Positions 55,182 through 64,000 of a stretch of DNA of 64,000 bases are shown here, piece by piece. A program made the position numbers and the translations under genes. The notes under the pieces were generated by a model. It had not been told where the DNA came from, searched no databases, and worked only from the letters and a program-made list of their open reading frames with translations. Source of the stretch: Escherichia coli. GTDB taxonomy: Bacteria > Pseudomonadota > Gammaproteobacteria > Enterobacterales > Enterobacteriaceae. How positions within the stretch are numbered: the first letter of the stretch is position 1; every line of letters begins with the position of its first letter. The DNA lies in the NCBI RefSeq assembly GCF_022846255.1, contig NZ_AP025682.1; one strand, written 5' to 3'.

Positions 55182-56324
55182 ATGAAGATAGTTATCTCCC
55201 CCGACTCCTTTAAAGAATGCCTTCCTGCATGGAAAGTCGCCGAAGCGCTGGCAACCGGCTGGCGCAAGGTCCTGCCTGGCAGCCAACTGGTGTGTTTGCC
55301 CGTGGCTGATGGCGGCGAAGGCACGCTCGAAACACTCATTCATGCGACTGACGGTACGTTTTACACTAAAAAAGTCACCGGACCGCTTGGCGAATCAATA
55401 CATGCGCAATACGGTATTTTAGGCAACCAAACCACCGCAGTGATAGAACTGGCACAAGCTTCAGGGCTGGAACTGGTTTCTCCTGTCCAGCGTTCTCCCC
55501 TTTATACGACGTCGTTTGGCACTGGCGAACTTATTCTCGCCGCCCTGGAACACAATATTGATACCGTTATTCTATGCCTGGGTGGCAGTGCTACAAATGA
55601 TGGCGGTATTGGGTTGATGTCGGCACTTGGCGCATCGTTTACAGACGCCGAAGGGCTATCAGTCTCTGTTAATGGGATGGGGCTGGCGGCAATTCACCAC
55701 ATTGACTTACAGCACCTCGATCCACGATTGAAAAATGTGAAATTTATTGCGGCCTGTGATGTCACCAACCCACTAACCGGCGATAACGGCGCGACCCGGG
55801 TTTTTGCTCAACAAAAAGGGGCCAGTGCTAACGACCTTGAGCAACTGGAACAGGGAATGAAAAACTATGCCCGTTGCATCTACCGTTGTTGTGGTAAAGA
55901 CGTCGATACGATACCCGGTTCTGGGGCGGCTGGCGGCGTTGGCGCGGCCTTGATGGCTTTTCTCGATGCTCGCTTACAACCGGGTATTTCGCTCGTGCTG
56001 GAAGCGATTCAATATACCCAACATTTAAAATACGCAGCATTGGCCATTGTCGGTGAAGGGAAATTAGATAGTCAGAGCCTGAATGGCAAAGCGCCCGTAG
56101 GCGCAGCCAAAGTTGCCCAGATGATGGGCGTTCCGGTTATCGCAATTGCCGGGTATATCGATGATCAACTTGATCTGAATGAGTTACGCCAGTGTGGAAT
56201 AGAAGCCTGTTTTTCCGTCGTCAATGGTCCTTGTGATTTCCCCACCGCGCTGAGTCAGGGAGAAAATAATTTAATTCGTCTTGGGGAAAATCTGGCGGGA
56301 TATTTTCGTGCGATCCTGAGTTAA
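55182..56324 (+). CDS. Glycerate kinase
   Basis: 380 aa; N-terminus MKIVISPDSFKECL characteristic of GlxK/GarK glycerate kinases. Confidence 0.8.
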   Translation: MKIVISPDSFKECLPAWKVAEALATGWRKVLPGSQLVCLPVADGGEGTLETLIHATDGTFYTKKVTGPLGESIHAQYGILGNQTTAVIELAQASGLELVSPVQRSPLYTTSFGTGELILAALEHNIDTVILCLGGSATNDGGIGLMSALGASFTDAEGLSVSVNGMGLAAIHHIDLQHLDPRLKNVKFIAACDVTNPLTGDNGATRVFAQQKGASANDLEQLEQGMKNYARCIYRCCGKDVDTIPGSGAAGGVGAALMAFLDARLQPGISLVLEAIQYTQHLKYAALAIVGEGKLDSQSLNGKAPVGAAKVAQMMGVPVIAIAGYIDDQLDLNELRQCGIEACFSVVNGPCDFPTALSQGENNLIRLGENLAGYFRAILS

Positions 56325-56379
56325 TTCCCGTTCGTTAAAATGCCCGATAATGCAAATTACCGGGCATTCCTGAATATCA

Positions 56380-57906
56380 TTATTCATCTCTCGCGGTTTT
56401 CTCTTCAGCCGCAAGCTGTGTCAAAAAACTCTTCAATAAAATAAACACTACGCCGCAAAGCGGTAGTCCGGCCAGGATAGAGACCGTTTGTAGCGGCTGC
56501 AAACTCTGCGCATCAAGAAGATAGAGTGTGATGGCGACGATTCCAGTCATAATCAACCAAAATGCCACGTTCCAGAATGCCGGTTCACTCTCACTATCTG
56601 CCCGTTTTTGCGTCGCAAAACCGAGGGCATAACCCACAGTACAGTGTCCGGTAATATATGAAATTAATGCTATAGCCCCAAAAGCAACCAAAAACACCTG
56701 ACTTGCGGGTAGCTGCTCCAGTAAACGAGAAACGACAACGCCTCGCCCTTGTTCGTTAAGTATGGGAACAAAATCGATGACATGAGTTGTCTGCAACGAT
56801 AAGCCGAAATTAGCCAGTACCATGTAAAAAAACATGCATCCCAATGAACCTGCCAGAGCTCCACATACAATCAATTGCCGGATCGTCCTTCCTTTTGAAA
56901 TACGGGCGATAAATAAACCGAATGGGATGGCATACACGACCCACCATGAAAAATAAAATACGGTCCACATCTGTGGAAATCCGCTACGACCAATAGCATC
57001 GGTACTTAAACTCATCGCTACAAAATTTTGCAGCATCAGGCCGAGACCATCAATTGATTGATTAAGTATAAATGCCGTTGGTCCACAAATCAGTATTGCA
57101 AGTAGCATCAAAATGTCAGCACGAATATTCCAGTTACTGGCCCATGCCACACCTTTTTTAAGTCCAAAAAAGAGAATGAATAATGGCACTAGCGTCCAGA
57201 TAAAAATAACCATGACATTGATAAACTGCCCGGCAGGATCCAGATGAAACACATGGCAAAATACGGCAGAAATCATCGGCGTTCCCAGCGCCAGAGACGT
57301 TACCGCGCCGCCGAGCAAACCAAACATGTAGAAAAAATTCACACAATGCCCGCAAAAACCATCCGCACGCGCTCCCAAACATCCACGACATAAATCACTG
57401 ACCTTTAATGAGTTTGTTTTCTTAACATGCATAAACCAACCAATAGGAACGGCACAAATCAGATACCACGCCCATGCGGACGGCCCCCAATGGAACATGC
57501 CATAAGCAGAGGCCCAACGAGCAGCCTGAGCGCTTCCTGCTGTTGCGCCAAAAGGCGGTTGCTGAATGATCCAAATCCACTCTACAGAGGCCAGATATAA
57601 CAAGCTGCCCCCCGTTCCAGAAGTAAAAATAAGTCCAAGCCAGGTTAACAAGCTGAAGTCAGGTTTTTCTCCCGACTGACCTAACAAGATATCGCCATAA
57701 CGTGAGAAGGCCAGCCACAGACAACAAAGTACAACCAGAAAAATCCCGCCCATTTCCCAGGTTAAAAAATGATGTATTTTATTTATATACCGGCTGGTAT
57801 CTTGTGGATATATCGTCAAACACAGAATGATTACCGCAATAAATAATATTGCTGGGATAAACACATTCAGTTCAATCAAAGAAAAGCGTTTTTTTAAATA
57901 TTGCAT
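56380..57906 (-). CDS. BCCT-family transporter (betaine/carnitine/choline-type)
   Basis: About 508 aa from MQYLKKRF with AGGAG RBS; BCCT signature WTVFYFSWWVVYAIPFGLFIARISKGRTIRQL. Confidence 0.75.
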   Translation of the reverse strand: MQYLKKRFSLIELNVFIPAILFIAVIILCLTIYPQDTSRYINKIHHFLTWEMGGIFLVVLCCLWLAFSRYGDILLGQSGEKPDFSLLTWLGLIFTSGTGGSLLYLASVEWIWIIQQPPFGATAGSAQAARWASAYGMFHWGPSAWAWYLICAVPIGWFMHVKKTNSLKVSDLCRGCLGARADGFCGHCVNFFYMFGLLGGAVTSLALGTPMISAVFCHVFHLDPAGQFINVMVIFIWTLVPLFILFFGLKKGVAWASNWNIRADILMLLAILICGPTAFILNQSIDGLGLMLQNFVAMSLSTDAIGRSGFPQMWTVFYFSWWVVYAIPFGLFIARISKGRTIRQLIVCGALAGSLGCMFFYMVLANFGLSLQTTHVIDFVPILNEQGRGVVVSRLLEQLPASQVFLVAFGAIALISYITGHCTVGYALGFATQKRADSESEPAFWNVAFWLIMTGIVAITLYLLDAQSLQPLQTVSILAGLPLCGVVFILLKSFLTQLAAEEKTARDE

Positions 57907-57929
57907 TTCAGTCTCCTGAATGTTTTCAT

Positions 57930-58154
57930 TCAATGAGGACGAATATTTCGCCGTTCCTTTTTCATGTGTTGCAATTGTCGGGAAAGGCGTAAAGAAAAAA
58001 AGGCGCAAATAAGTGAAAGAGCCGCAATACAATACAGAGCTAAACCACGCTGATGCTGTTGCAGCATGAACAGGAATATCCCCAAAAAGAGGCCGCAGAG
58101 AACTGTGGTTATCCAGTAATTGGCACTTAAGTGCTCCAGGTCATCATCCCTCAT
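57930..58154 (-). CDS. Small two-TM membrane protein upstream of BCCT transporter
   Basis: 74 aa from MRDDDLEHLSANYWITTVLCGLFLGIFLF with AGGAG RBS 7 nt upstream; two hydrophobic helices. Confidence 0.45.
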   Translation of the reverse strand: MRDDDLEHLSANYWITTVLCGLFLGIFLFMLQQHQRGLALYCIAALSLICAFFSLRLSRQLQHMKKERRNIRPH

Positions 58155-58206
58155 GGTCTTTCTCCTGCAAGGCGCAGACAGGCTTTCAGCTCTCTGCGCC
58201 TTGTTG

Positions 58207-59571
58207 TTATGCCAGACGTACGCCCTGCTGTTGCAGCGTGTTTTGCAAATCAGGGATAGCAACCTGACGCACGGTGCAATTTTGCTGTAGCGAAACCACG
58301 GCGGCAGTACCTGCGGCCTCACCGGTAACGGCACAACACATCATGTTACGCATAGAAGTATGTGCAACTACGCCTGCGGAAATACAGCGACCGGCGACCA
58401 AAAGGTTCTCCACTTTTTGCGGCACCAGACAACCATAAGGGATCTGAAAGAAACGCCCGGTCGTTGGCAAAATGAGATAACCGGAACCATCAATAAATTC
58501 CGGGAAAATCCCTACACTGTCCGAACAACGCCCCTGATTAAGGACGTAATCATCAGCAATACGTATTTCCCCCTCAATAAGCCGTGATTCACGCGTCCCC
58601 AGCGTGGCACCAAAATTGCGTAACCGTACATTTTCAAAGCCCGGAACATAATGGCGTAGAGCGTCAATTGCCCATAATGCTTGCTGCCTTCCGGCAATCT
58701 CAGCTTTGGTTAAATCGAAGACATCGGTACAGTCAAAACCAAAGGCGTACACCATATTCATCTGGAAAGCCTCACCGCTTTCAGAAAAGGTCGACCAGGT
58801 TCCGGCAATCGCCTGGGCGTCACCTGGAATCACACCATCCTGTTGCGCGCGGGTAAAAATATCCTCCATATACGGGCTAAACATCGGGTCTTCTTTACCC
58901 GTGGTTTGAATCGTCCAGTTTTTGCCCCAATCCGCGTAGGTCGGCTTAAGTTCTTCCGCAACAAAACGGTTAAAGCGTGCCACATCAACACCTGCGCAAC
59001 TGAACATCACGGTGACGCCCATCAGTTGGTCCTTGCTCCGTTTCGTCCAGGGCGCGCCTGCACGAGCGGCAATATCAGCATCCCCCGTGCAATCGACGAT
59101 TCTTTTCGCCAGAATTGCCCCTCGACCTGATTTATTCTCGACGATAACACCGCATAACGTATTCCCGTCCTTGATCACGTCCACAACCCAGGAGTGATAT
59201 AACGGCTCAACGCCAGATTCCGTAATCATCTGATCGGCGACAACTTTAAATCCTTCAGTATCTATAACTTCGCTAATTGACTGAGGTTCTGGTCGTGTGA
59301 AGCCCAATGCTCGCGCGCGGCCTTCATATTCACGACAAATCCCTTCACAATCTTCCGTCCCCGGATGGCGATACCAGGCAAAACTTTCCACACCAACCTG
59401 CGTCAATACGCCGCCTAGTGAGCCGTAACGCTCAACAATCATGGTTCTGGCACCTAGCCGCCCCGCCGCTATCGCCGCCGTTAATCCTGCCGGACCGCCC
59501 CCGATAACCAGAACGTCCGTTTGTGCAATGACTGGCGTTTGCCGTGCACTTTCATTAATCATGTCCACCAT
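58207..59571 (-). CDS. FAD-dependent oxidoreductase (paralogue of 47683-49053)
   Basis: About 454 aa from MVDMINES; dinucleotide motif VLVIGGGPAGLTAAIAA; shared CTGDADIA and GVESxAW motifs with the paralogue. Confidence 0.7.
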   Translation of the reverse strand: MVDMINESARQTPVIAQTDVLVIGGGPAGLTAAIAAGRLGARTMIVERYGSLGGVLTQVGVESFAWYRHPGTEDCEGICREYEGRARALGFTRPEPQSISEVIDTEGFKVVADQMITESGVEPLYHSWVVDVIKDGNTLCGVIVENKSGRGAILAKRIVDCTGDADIAARAGAPWTKRSKDQLMGVTVMFSCAGVDVARFNRFVAEELKPTYADWGKNWTIQTTGKEDPMFSPYMEDIFTRAQQDGVIPGDAQAIAGTWSTFSESGEAFQMNMVYAFGFDCTDVFDLTKAEIAGRQQALWAIDALRHYVPGFENVRLRNFGATLGTRESRLIEGEIRIADDYVLNQGRCSDSVGIFPEFIDGSGYLILPTTGRFFQIPYGCLVPQKVENLLVAGRCISAGVVAHTSMRNMMCCAVTGEAAGTAAVVSLQQNCTVRQVAIPDLQNTLQQQGVRLA

Positions 59572-59588
59572 TGGTTCCCCCGTCAGAT

Positions 59589-60857
59589 TCAGGATGCGCA
59601 ATCCGCATTGTTTTGAGTGATTTCATTGACTTGATTTTTACTTTTACGATTCACACGCTGGAGGACCAGTGCGGCGATAAGGCCGATGAATGCGCAAACC
59701 AACATGAACAGGAAAACATCCTGATAACCGGCAATACCCGGTTTGCGGTCGACCATATTGCCCACCATCGTGTAGCAGTAGATTTCCGGGAAATAGGTCA
59801 GTAAAGAGATCAGACCCGCAGCAGTCCCTGTGACTTTTGCCGGGATCCGAACCTCATCAATAATTGAGAAGAACACGGCATTCGCAGAGTAAATAAACAC
59901 GCCCAACGCAACCATATTCGCCAGCGCAATAGTGACGTAGCGCGACTCACCGGGCAGGAAGAAATAAACGGTAGTAAAGACAATCATGCCGATAAAGGCG
60001 TAAATCATAAAACGCGTGCGTGACGCACAGCGGTCGGCCAGTTGTCCGCCAATTAATCCCCCCATCGCAAATAACACATAGGCGCGAAGAATACTGGCAA
60101 CTGCCACTTCCGATTCGCCCATATGCAGGATCTGCGTGAGATACGGCGTGACCATGCCAAAGCCGATATAAATTGACCACATACAAAAGGTCACAACACC
60201 TGCCAGCCAAACCGTCGGCATTTTCAGCACGAATGCCATATCTGCCAGACGGAAATTCGCTTTATCTTCGCTGTGCGTTTCATCCTGACAAACAAACCAG
60301 GCTAAAACACCGGCCAGAATAGTCACTACGGAATAAAAAATAATTGTCGCCCGTAAACCATCAACACCTTCGCCAAATTTGGCAAATACCGGCACGGAAA
60401 GAAATCCCAGTACAATGGAGGTTAATCCCTTACCCAGAAACCAGTAACCGTATAAGCGACCTTGTTCTTCGCTGGTTCCCAGGGTACGAATAATTCGCAC
60501 ACACACGGCCCAAAACGTAAATACGGTTGTAACAGCCCAAAGTGCATGTAACAAACAGATCATGGTATACGAGGGGAAGGTCGCATAATAAAAACCACTT
60601 ATCCCGGTGGAAATTAATGAAAAGGTCATTAATTTACGTGCAGAAAATCTATCGGCAGCCCAACCGCCAGGTAGATATAATAAAAAGTTCACCAGACCAT
60701 AGGCTGTCATTAGAAAACCAAGTTCAGCATTAGTCGCTCCTGTAGCCTGCTGCATCGCGTCGTAATAGGTTTCCCGTAAATAAGGCAATTTATATATTGC
60801 ACTTCCGGCAATACCACATAACGCCAGCGTGATCCAACGTTTCCAGTTACTGGTCAT
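59589..60857 (-). CDS. MFS-family transporter
   Basis: 422 aa, about 12 TM helices; between the glycerol-dehydrogenase-family gene and the FAD oxidoreductase. Confidence 0.75.
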   Translation of the reverse strand: MTSNWKRWITLALCGIAGSAIYKLPYLRETYYDAMQQATGATNAELGFLMTAYGLVNFLLYLPGGWAADRFSARKLMTFSLISTGISGFYYATFPSYTMICLLHALWAVTTVFTFWAVCVRIIRTLGTSEEQGRLYGYWFLGKGLTSIVLGFLSVPVFAKFGEGVDGLRATIIFYSVVTILAGVLAWFVCQDETHSEDKANFRLADMAFVLKMPTVWLAGVVTFCMWSIYIGFGMVTPYLTQILHMGESEVAVASILRAYVLFAMGGLIGGQLADRCASRTRFMIYAFIGMIVFTTVYFFLPGESRYVTIALANMVALGVFIYSANAVFFSIIDEVRIPAKVTGTAAGLISLLTYFPEIYCYTMVGNMVDRKPGIAGYQDVFLFMLVCAFIGLIAALVLQRVNRKSKNQVNEITQNNADCAS

Positions 60858-60922
60858 ATTTATTCCCGAATGAAGTATTTAAAATGACACCAACGGCCTG
60901 CTTTGCACAGGCCGTATTATTT

Positions 60923-62005
60923 TTAAAGTCCCAAATGATGTGCAGTTAAAATTGCACAAAGAACGTCCTGCGCTGTTACTACGAATGGCATATTATGGAT
61001 AGTTTCCCCTTCAGCAGTCGCGGCTTTAGCCACTGCCCGTAATTTATCTTTATTAATTTCCTTCACGCCTAACATATGAAGATTTGTCGGCAAGCCAACG
61101 CTATGGCAGAAATTGAGTACGGTTTCAATTTCCTCCTGTGGTGCGTTTTCCAGTACGAGCTGTACCAGGACGCCAAATGCCACTTTTTCACCGTGGTAGC
61201 AATGATGGCATTCCTCCAGTTGCGTCATGCCGTTATGAATGGCATGAGCTGCCGCCAGGCCGCTACTTTCAAATCCAATGCCGCTAAGATAGGTATTAGC
61301 TTCGATAATATTCTCTACCGCTTTGGTGCTAACACCTTGTTCAACCGCGACTTTTGCCTTATAGCCATCTTCCAGTAGCGTGGTATAACAGAGTCGGGCA
61401 ATAGCCAGTGCCGCCAGTGTCGACGCCCCACCTGCCATTGTGGCTTTTCCTGACGCCTGATTGGCTCTCGCCTCAAACCAGGTTGACAATGCATCTCCCA
61501 TACCGGCCACCAGCAGACGCACTGGCGCGGCTGAAATGACGCCAGTATCCATAATCACCATATCCGGGTTTTTCGGGAAAAACAGATATTCGCTAAACTG
61601 ACCTTCCGGGGTGTAAATTACCGCCAGAGAACTGGTTGGCGCATCTGTGGAAGCAATTGTCGGCACCACCACCACCGGAATTTTTTGGTAATACGCTACG
61701 GCTTTTGCCGTATCCAACGTTTTACCGCCGCCAATACCAATAACGACATTATATTTACGCTGATTAAATTTCTCACGAATTCGAGAAATTTCATTTTGCG
61801 AGCATTCACCACAAAAGATATCAAAATCTGCAGTAATATTTTCTTTTGCAAAGCTCTGGCTTACTCTGTCACCCACCAGACCGGTCACAAATTCATCTGC
61901 AATAATTAATGGTTCTGTTCCCAAACTCGCCGCATATGTAGCAATATTATCCAGAGAACCATTTCCCTGGATATATTTAGCCGGACTTATAATAATCTTA
62001 TCCAT
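60923..62005 (-). CDS. Glycerol dehydrogenase family (iron-containing/group III polyol dehydrogenase)
   Basis: 360 aa; GldA-like N-terminus MDKIIISPAKYIQG, GGGKTLDTAK NAD-binding motif; GAGGA RBS. Confidence 0.8.
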   Translation of the reverse strand: MDKIIISPAKYIQGNGSLDNIATYAASLGTEPLIIADEFVTGLVGDRVSQSFAKENITADFDIFCGECSQNEISRIREKFNQRKYNVVIGIGGGKTLDTAKAVAYYQKIPVVVVPTIASTDAPTSSLAVIYTPEGQFSEYLFFPKNPDMVIMDTGVISAAPVRLLVAGMGDALSTWFEARANQASGKATMAGGASTLAALAIARLCYTTLLEDGYKAKVAVEQGVSTKAVENIIEANTYLSGIGFESSGLAAAHAIHNGMTQLEECHHCYHGEKVAFGVLVQLVLENAPQEEIETVLNFCHSVGLPTNLHMLGVKEINKDKLRAVAKAATAEGETIHNMPFVVTAQDVLCAILTAHHLGL

Positions 62006-62117
62006 ATCATTCCTCGCGTAACTTGTTTTGCTTCACTGTTAACCTACTCGTTGCATCCAGTAGCGGCAAACATTTCATTCGCGAAAAATTATGTTTTATG
62101 ATCGCGCTGTAAAAAAC

Positions 62118-62133
62118 ATCATCTGCAGATGAT
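62118..62133. promoter_or_regulatory. 16-bp perfect palindrome ATCATCTGCAGATGAT in the divergent gldA-like/dhaK intergenic region (candidate operator)
   Basis: Exact reverse-complement symmetry, AT-rich flanks, between two divergently transcribed operons. Confidence 0.4.
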
Positions 62134-62330
62134 AATAAAAAACACTTTTCATGCCTTAATCACAATATATCAATATCCACGCTGGTCCCATTTCATTTTG
62201 GAACAACACAATGAATTAACTGTTTCATTATGAATCTTATTATCGTGCGATTTGTTTTATTGCGGCTGGAGAATTAATCTCGCAAGCATATTTAGCGCGA
62301 TTTACGTAATTTATCAGAACAGGAATGACT

Positions 62331-63395
62331 ATGAAGAAATTAATTAACCAGATTGATTCTGTTGTCACAGAACAAATGGAAGGACTCATCGCCACCTGGC
62401 CACACCTGCAGGCAAATTACGCGCCCCGATATGTGTGGTGCAAACAAACCGATAATGCAGTGGCGCTGATTTCAGGCGGCGGCTCAGGCCATGAACCACT
62501 GCATGCAGGTTTTGTCGGTATGGGAATGTTAACCGGTGCATGTCCTGGTGAAATCTTCACATCGCCCACACCAGATCAAATGATCGAATGTGCCAAAGCG
62601 GTTGATAATGGTTCTGGCGTTCTGTTTTTCATCAAAAATTACACTGGCGATATTCTGAATTTCGAAACGGCAGTCGAGATGTTACACGAAGAAGGCATCG
62701 CCGTTGGGACCGTCATTATTGATGATGATGTAGCGGTAAAAGATAGCCTGTATACAGCCGGACGTCGCGGTGTTGCGGGTACAGTTTTTGTTGAAAAGAT
62801 TGTCGGTGCGGCTGCACTTCAGGGATATAACCTGGGGCAGTGCGAGCAACTTGGCAAAGATGTTAACAATGCCACCCGTTCTTTTGGCATCGCACTGTCA
62901 GCCTGTACGGTTCCCGCCGCGGGAAAACCCTCATTTGAACTGGCTGATAATGAAATCGAATTTGGTGTCGGGATCCACGGTGAACCCGGCATTGAACGCC
63001 GCACTTTGCAAGATCTGAACACTTTAATCGACAGCGTGATAGCGCAATTACTGGATAATACCCCCTGGCGACGCACATTACGCCATTGGGATCGCCATGC
63101 GGGGGGATGGATTGACGCATCATCAATGAATGAGTCATTCGATCAAAATGCCGAATATATTGTGTTAATTAACGGACTTGGCAGCACGCCTGAATCAGAG
63201 TTATATGGTGTAGCCAGGGTATTTATGTGCGCCGCACAGCGCCAGGGAATTAAAATTAGCCGCCAGTTGGTCGGTAATTATTGTACATCATTAGATATGG
63301 CCGGATTTTCCATTAGCCTGCTGAAATGTACCCCAGAGTTTTTGCAACTTTGGGATGCCCCGGTCAATACGCCAGCGCTTCGTTGGGGATGTTAA
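62331..63395 (+). CDS. dhaK: Dihydroxyacetone kinase, DhaK subunit
   Basis: About 354 aa from MKKLINQ with AGGAA RBS; GGGSGHEP motif and strong pattern match to E. coli DhaK. Confidence 0.85.
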   Translation: MKKLINQIDSVVTEQMEGLIATWPHLQANYAPRYVWCKQTDNAVALISGGGSGHEPLHAGFVGMGMLTGACPGEIFTSPTPDQMIECAKAVDNGSGVLFFIKNYTGDILNFETAVEMLHEEGIAVGTVIIDDDVAVKDSLYTAGRRGVAGTVFVEKIVGAAALQGYNLGQCEQLGKDVNNATRSFGIALSACTVPAAGKPSFELADNEIEFGVGIHGEPGIERRTLQDLNTLIDSVIAQLLDNTPWRRTLRHWDRHAGGWIDASSMNESFDQNAEYIVLINGLGSTPESELYGVARVFMCAAQRQGIKISRQLVGNYCTSLDMAGFSISLLKCTPEFLQLWDAPVNTPALRWGC

Positions 63396-63407
63396 TAAGG
63401 ACATTAT

Positions 63408-64000
63408 ATGAAAATTCAAAACAAACATGTTATTGCCTGGCTGGAGAGTTGTGCTGCACATCTTACTGAACAACAAGATTTTCTAACCGCACTTGACAGA
63501 GATATTGGTGATGCCGACCACGGCCTCAATATGAATCGTGGTTTCAGTGCCGTGAAAGCGACGTTGCCCGACATTGAACGTCAGCATATTGGCAATATCC
63601 TTAAAAATACTGGCATGAAACTACTTTCCAGCGTTGGCGGTGCCAGTGGTCCTCTTTACGGCACATTATTTATTCGCGCTTCTGCGGCAGTGGGAGCCAG
63701 AACAGAATTAAGTCTGGAAGAGTGGCTGGCGTGTCTGGAAGAAGGGATTGCAGGCGTTATCGCACGAGGAAAAGCAGAACAAGGGGATAAAACACTGTGT
63801 GATGTCTGGGTTCCAGTCCTCCACGAAGCCAAAAAGAACCTGCAAGCCGGAATGTCGCCTTCCCTTCTGCTGAATACGATGGTGCAAGATGCGGCAACAG
63901 CCGTCGATAACACCATCAATATGCAGGCGAAAAAAGGACGTGCCAGTTATCTCGGCGCTCGCAGTGTGGGCCATCAGGATCCAGGCGCGACCTCCTCCTG
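63408..64000 (+). CDS. dhaL: Dihydroxyacetone kinase, DhaL (ADP-binding) subunit, 3'-truncated by window edge
   Basis: Starts MKIQNKHVIAWLESCA with DRDIGDADHG motif; ORF runs off the end of the window. Confidence 0.8.
   Translation, partial: MKIQNKHVIAWLESCAAHLTEQQDFLTALDRDIGDADHGLNMNRGFSAVKATLPDIERQHIGNILKNTGMKLLSSVGGASGPLYGTLFIRASAAVGARTELSLEEWLACLEEGIAGVIARGKAEQGDKTLCDVWVPVLHEAKKNLQAGMSPSLLLNTMVQDAATAVDNTINMQAKKGRASYLGARSVGHQDPGATSS

Overview
Escherichia-type chromosomal segment in which conserved core genes (tsr, btsT-yjiX-yjiA, yjiS/yjiR through hypT) are interrupted by three accessory blocks. (1) About 5.9-16.6 kb: the complete 4-hydroxyphenylacetate (hpa) catabolic cluster, flanked by REP-like palindromes. 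(2) About 20.3-31.6 kb: a defence island with a leftward GmrSD-like (DUF262/DUF1524) nuclease gene, a Doc/Fic-fold gene with a degenerate active-site motif and a DUF4415 (BrnA-like) gene, divergent from a translationally coupled Type I R-M operon hsdM-hsdS-hsdR with an unusually long HsdM, followed by an AT-rich orphan membrane-protein gene. (3) About 46.3-64 kb: a lower-GC catabolic island with gcl/hyi/glxR/glycerate-kinase paralogues, a DhaR-like regulator, two transporter + FAD-oxidoreductase pairs, a glycerol-dehydrogenase-family gene and dhaK/dhaL. A TRAP transporter operon lies upstream of tsr. No tRNA/rRNA, CRISPR array or transposase was recognised. The best candidates for something undescribed are the GmrSD/Doc-like/DUF4415 module, the orphan membrane protein next to hsdR, and the substrate-unknown catabolic island. 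All calls come from reading the ORF translations and DNA by eye; no searches were run, and gene names rest on recalled similarity to E. coli proteins.
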